19,650 nt of DNA from Verrucomicrobiota bacterium (GTDB taxonomy: Bacteria > Verrucomicrobiota > Verrucomicrobiia > Limisphaerales > SXQI01): positions 1 to 19,650 of the forward strand of contig JANRLX010000097.1 of assembly GCA_033762115.1 (NCBI GenBank). The letters run 5' to 3'. Made by a program: the position numbers and the translations under genes. Within the stretch, counting starts at the first letter, position 1, and each line of letters opens with the position of its first letter. Shown one piece after another: positions 18,584 to 19,650 of this stretch. The notes under the pieces are model-generated. The model made no database searches. It saw only the letters and a list, made by a program, of their open reading frames with translations, and was not told the DNA's origin.

Positions 18584-19455
18584 TACATCGCAACAGGGAG
18601 ACCTGCTGATTTAATTTTGCTGACCGTGAAACCCCGCTTCTGGATCGCCATCGCAAACGCATCCGCAAGGCTCGCCTTCGTTGTCACGCCACCCAGGTCC
18701 ACCCCAAGATGCACAATTGTTTGCGCAATCTGCGGTCGGATCCCGCTGATGATGCACTCCGCTCCCATCAATCGTGCCGCTGTGATCGTTTTCAATAAAT
18801 GTTGCGCCACCAGGGTATCCACCGTGGGCACGCCGGTAATGTCAATAATCGCGATGTCTGACCCGGTCTGCACAATTTTTTGCAGTAACGATTCCATCAC
18901 CACCTGCGTTCGCTCGCTGTCCAGCGTCCCGATCAAGGGCAGGGCCAGAATCCCGCTCCAGAGCTTCACCACCGGCGTGGAAAGTTCCATCATTTCCTGC
19001 TGCTGTCTGGAGATGACCTCCTCGCGCGTTTTCTGGTGCACCTCCATCGTGAAAAGCCCAAGCTTGTCGATCAGTTCAGAGGCATTCCAGGTTTCGCTCG
19101 CCAATCCCTCCGCATTATTGCCCAGCTCTTTTTTGATCGCGGCAAAAAGTGGCTTTTTGAATGAAAAAATGTATGTCGCCGTCTGCGCCGGGCTGTACCC
19201 CTGCACCCCTCGCGAACGTGACAAATCGGCAAGCAACTCCCTCACCAGCGCAAATTCCGCCCCCTGCACATCGCTGCTGCTGCTCAAGGAATTCTTCAGG
19301 TTTCGCAGAAATTCACTCGATATCTGGCGTGCTTCCGCCTCCTGTCCGCTGTCCTGGTGGATTGAGTTTGCCTTTTGCTCCTGCAGCCATTGGGCAAGCA
19401 ATTCACCCTCATGCCTGGCGATAATCTGCGGCAACATGCTCCTGGGTTCGGCCAT
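18583..19455 (-). CDS. rsbR: Stressosome sensor/scaffold RsbR (helical RsbRD_N-like domain + STAS)
   Basis: Helical N-domain, then 'QQQEMMELSTPVVKLW', 'LPLIGTLDSERT', 'IIDITGVPTVDTLVAQHL', 'ISGIRPQIAQTIVHLG'. TAATG 1-nt overlap with rsbS. Confidence 0.95.
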   Translation of the reverse strand: MAEPRSMLPQIIARHEGELLAQWLQEQKANSIHQDSGQEAEARQISSEFLRNLKNSLSSSSDVQGAEFALVRELLADLSRSRGVQGYSPAQTATYIFSFKKPLFAAIKKELGNNAEGLASETWNASELIDKLGLFTMEVHQKTREEVISRQQQEMMELSTPVVKLWSGILALPLIGTLDSERTQVVMESLLQKIVQTGSDIAIIDITGVPTVDTLVAQHLLKTITAARLMGAECIISGIRPQIAQTIVHLGVDLGGVTTKASLADAFAMAIQKRGFTVSKIKSAGLPVAM

Positions 19456-19459
19456 AAAT

Positions 19460-19504
19460 CTCCTCCTTCATCCAAGAGTAACCATCCGCCCCCCATTCCG
19501 TCAA
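19460..19504 (-). promoter_or_regulatory. Putative sigma70-type promoter and strong Shine-Dalgarno for rsbR
   Basis: On the - strand: TTGACG (19504-19499), N18, TACTCT (19480-19475), then AAGGAGGAG (19468-19460) 4 nt before ATG 19455. Confidence 0.5.
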
Positions 19505-19521
19505 CCTGCCCCCCCGTGTAA

Positions 19522-19650
19522 CTATGTTCCCCGCTGAAATTCCCGAAGCTCCTCAAGAGCGGCCTGGATCAAGCGGCGCTCCGCATCAGTCAGTTCATGC
19601 TGGCTGTAATACGCCCGGCAAAACACTTCCGTAATCACTCTCGCCGGCCC
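19522..19650 (-). CDS. 3' end of a gene truncated by the window edge; possibly a DUF4129-type C-terminus (as in transglutaminase-family proteins)
   Basis: Open frame from the edge: GPARVITEVFCRAYYSQHELTDAERRLIQAALEELREFQRGT-stop (TAG at 19524-19522). The 'IT..F.RA.Y' plus amphipathic helix resembles DUF4129 from memory only. Confidence 0.55.
   Translation of the reverse strand, partial: GPARVITEVFCRAYYSQHELTDAERRLIQAALEELREFQRGT

Noticed and set aside
18518..19537. 339-aa + strand ORF
   Set aside because: Antisense shadow of rsbR/rsbS with no recognisable motifs.
1..19650. CRISPR arrays, tRNA/rRNA, IS/transposase or phage genes, TPP riboswitch near thiL
   Set aside because: No spaced direct repeats or mobile-element motifs were seen. 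Intergenic gaps are short and lack recognisable RNA signatures by eye; an Infernal/Rfam scan would be needed to be certain.

Overview
Gene-dense bacterial window, probably from the PVC superphylum. The H-X9-DG prepilin-like protein and the PSCyt/PSD1 + DUF1501 pair suggest Verrucomicrobia (inference). From left to right: a prepilin-like H-X9-DG protein (+); a DUF1501 gene and a planctomycete-type cytochrome c/PSD1 gene (-); a 358-bp gap holding a palindromic sigma54-like (-24/-12) site and a 40-codon ORF missing from the ORF track; a CPBP protease-thiL-tsaE-tsaB operon (-); a divergent M3 oligoendopeptidase-trpB-M2 (ACE-like) peptidase operon (+); and a complete stressosome locus (-). The stressosome locus reads rsbR-rsbS-rsbT-[RsbT-like/PP2C fusion]-[RsbT-like/HisKA/HATPase/REC hybrid kinase]-[atypical REC/PAS/HisKA/HATPase kinase], with no sigB/rsbUVW. 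The 3' end of another gene sits at the right edge. The best leads are the putative sigma54-controlled small ORF and the stressosome-to-histidine-kinase relay, which has three RsbT-like domains and a receiver lacking its conserved Lys. No rRNA, tRNA, CRISPR or mobile element was recognised. All family calls come from motif recognition by eye, not database searches.
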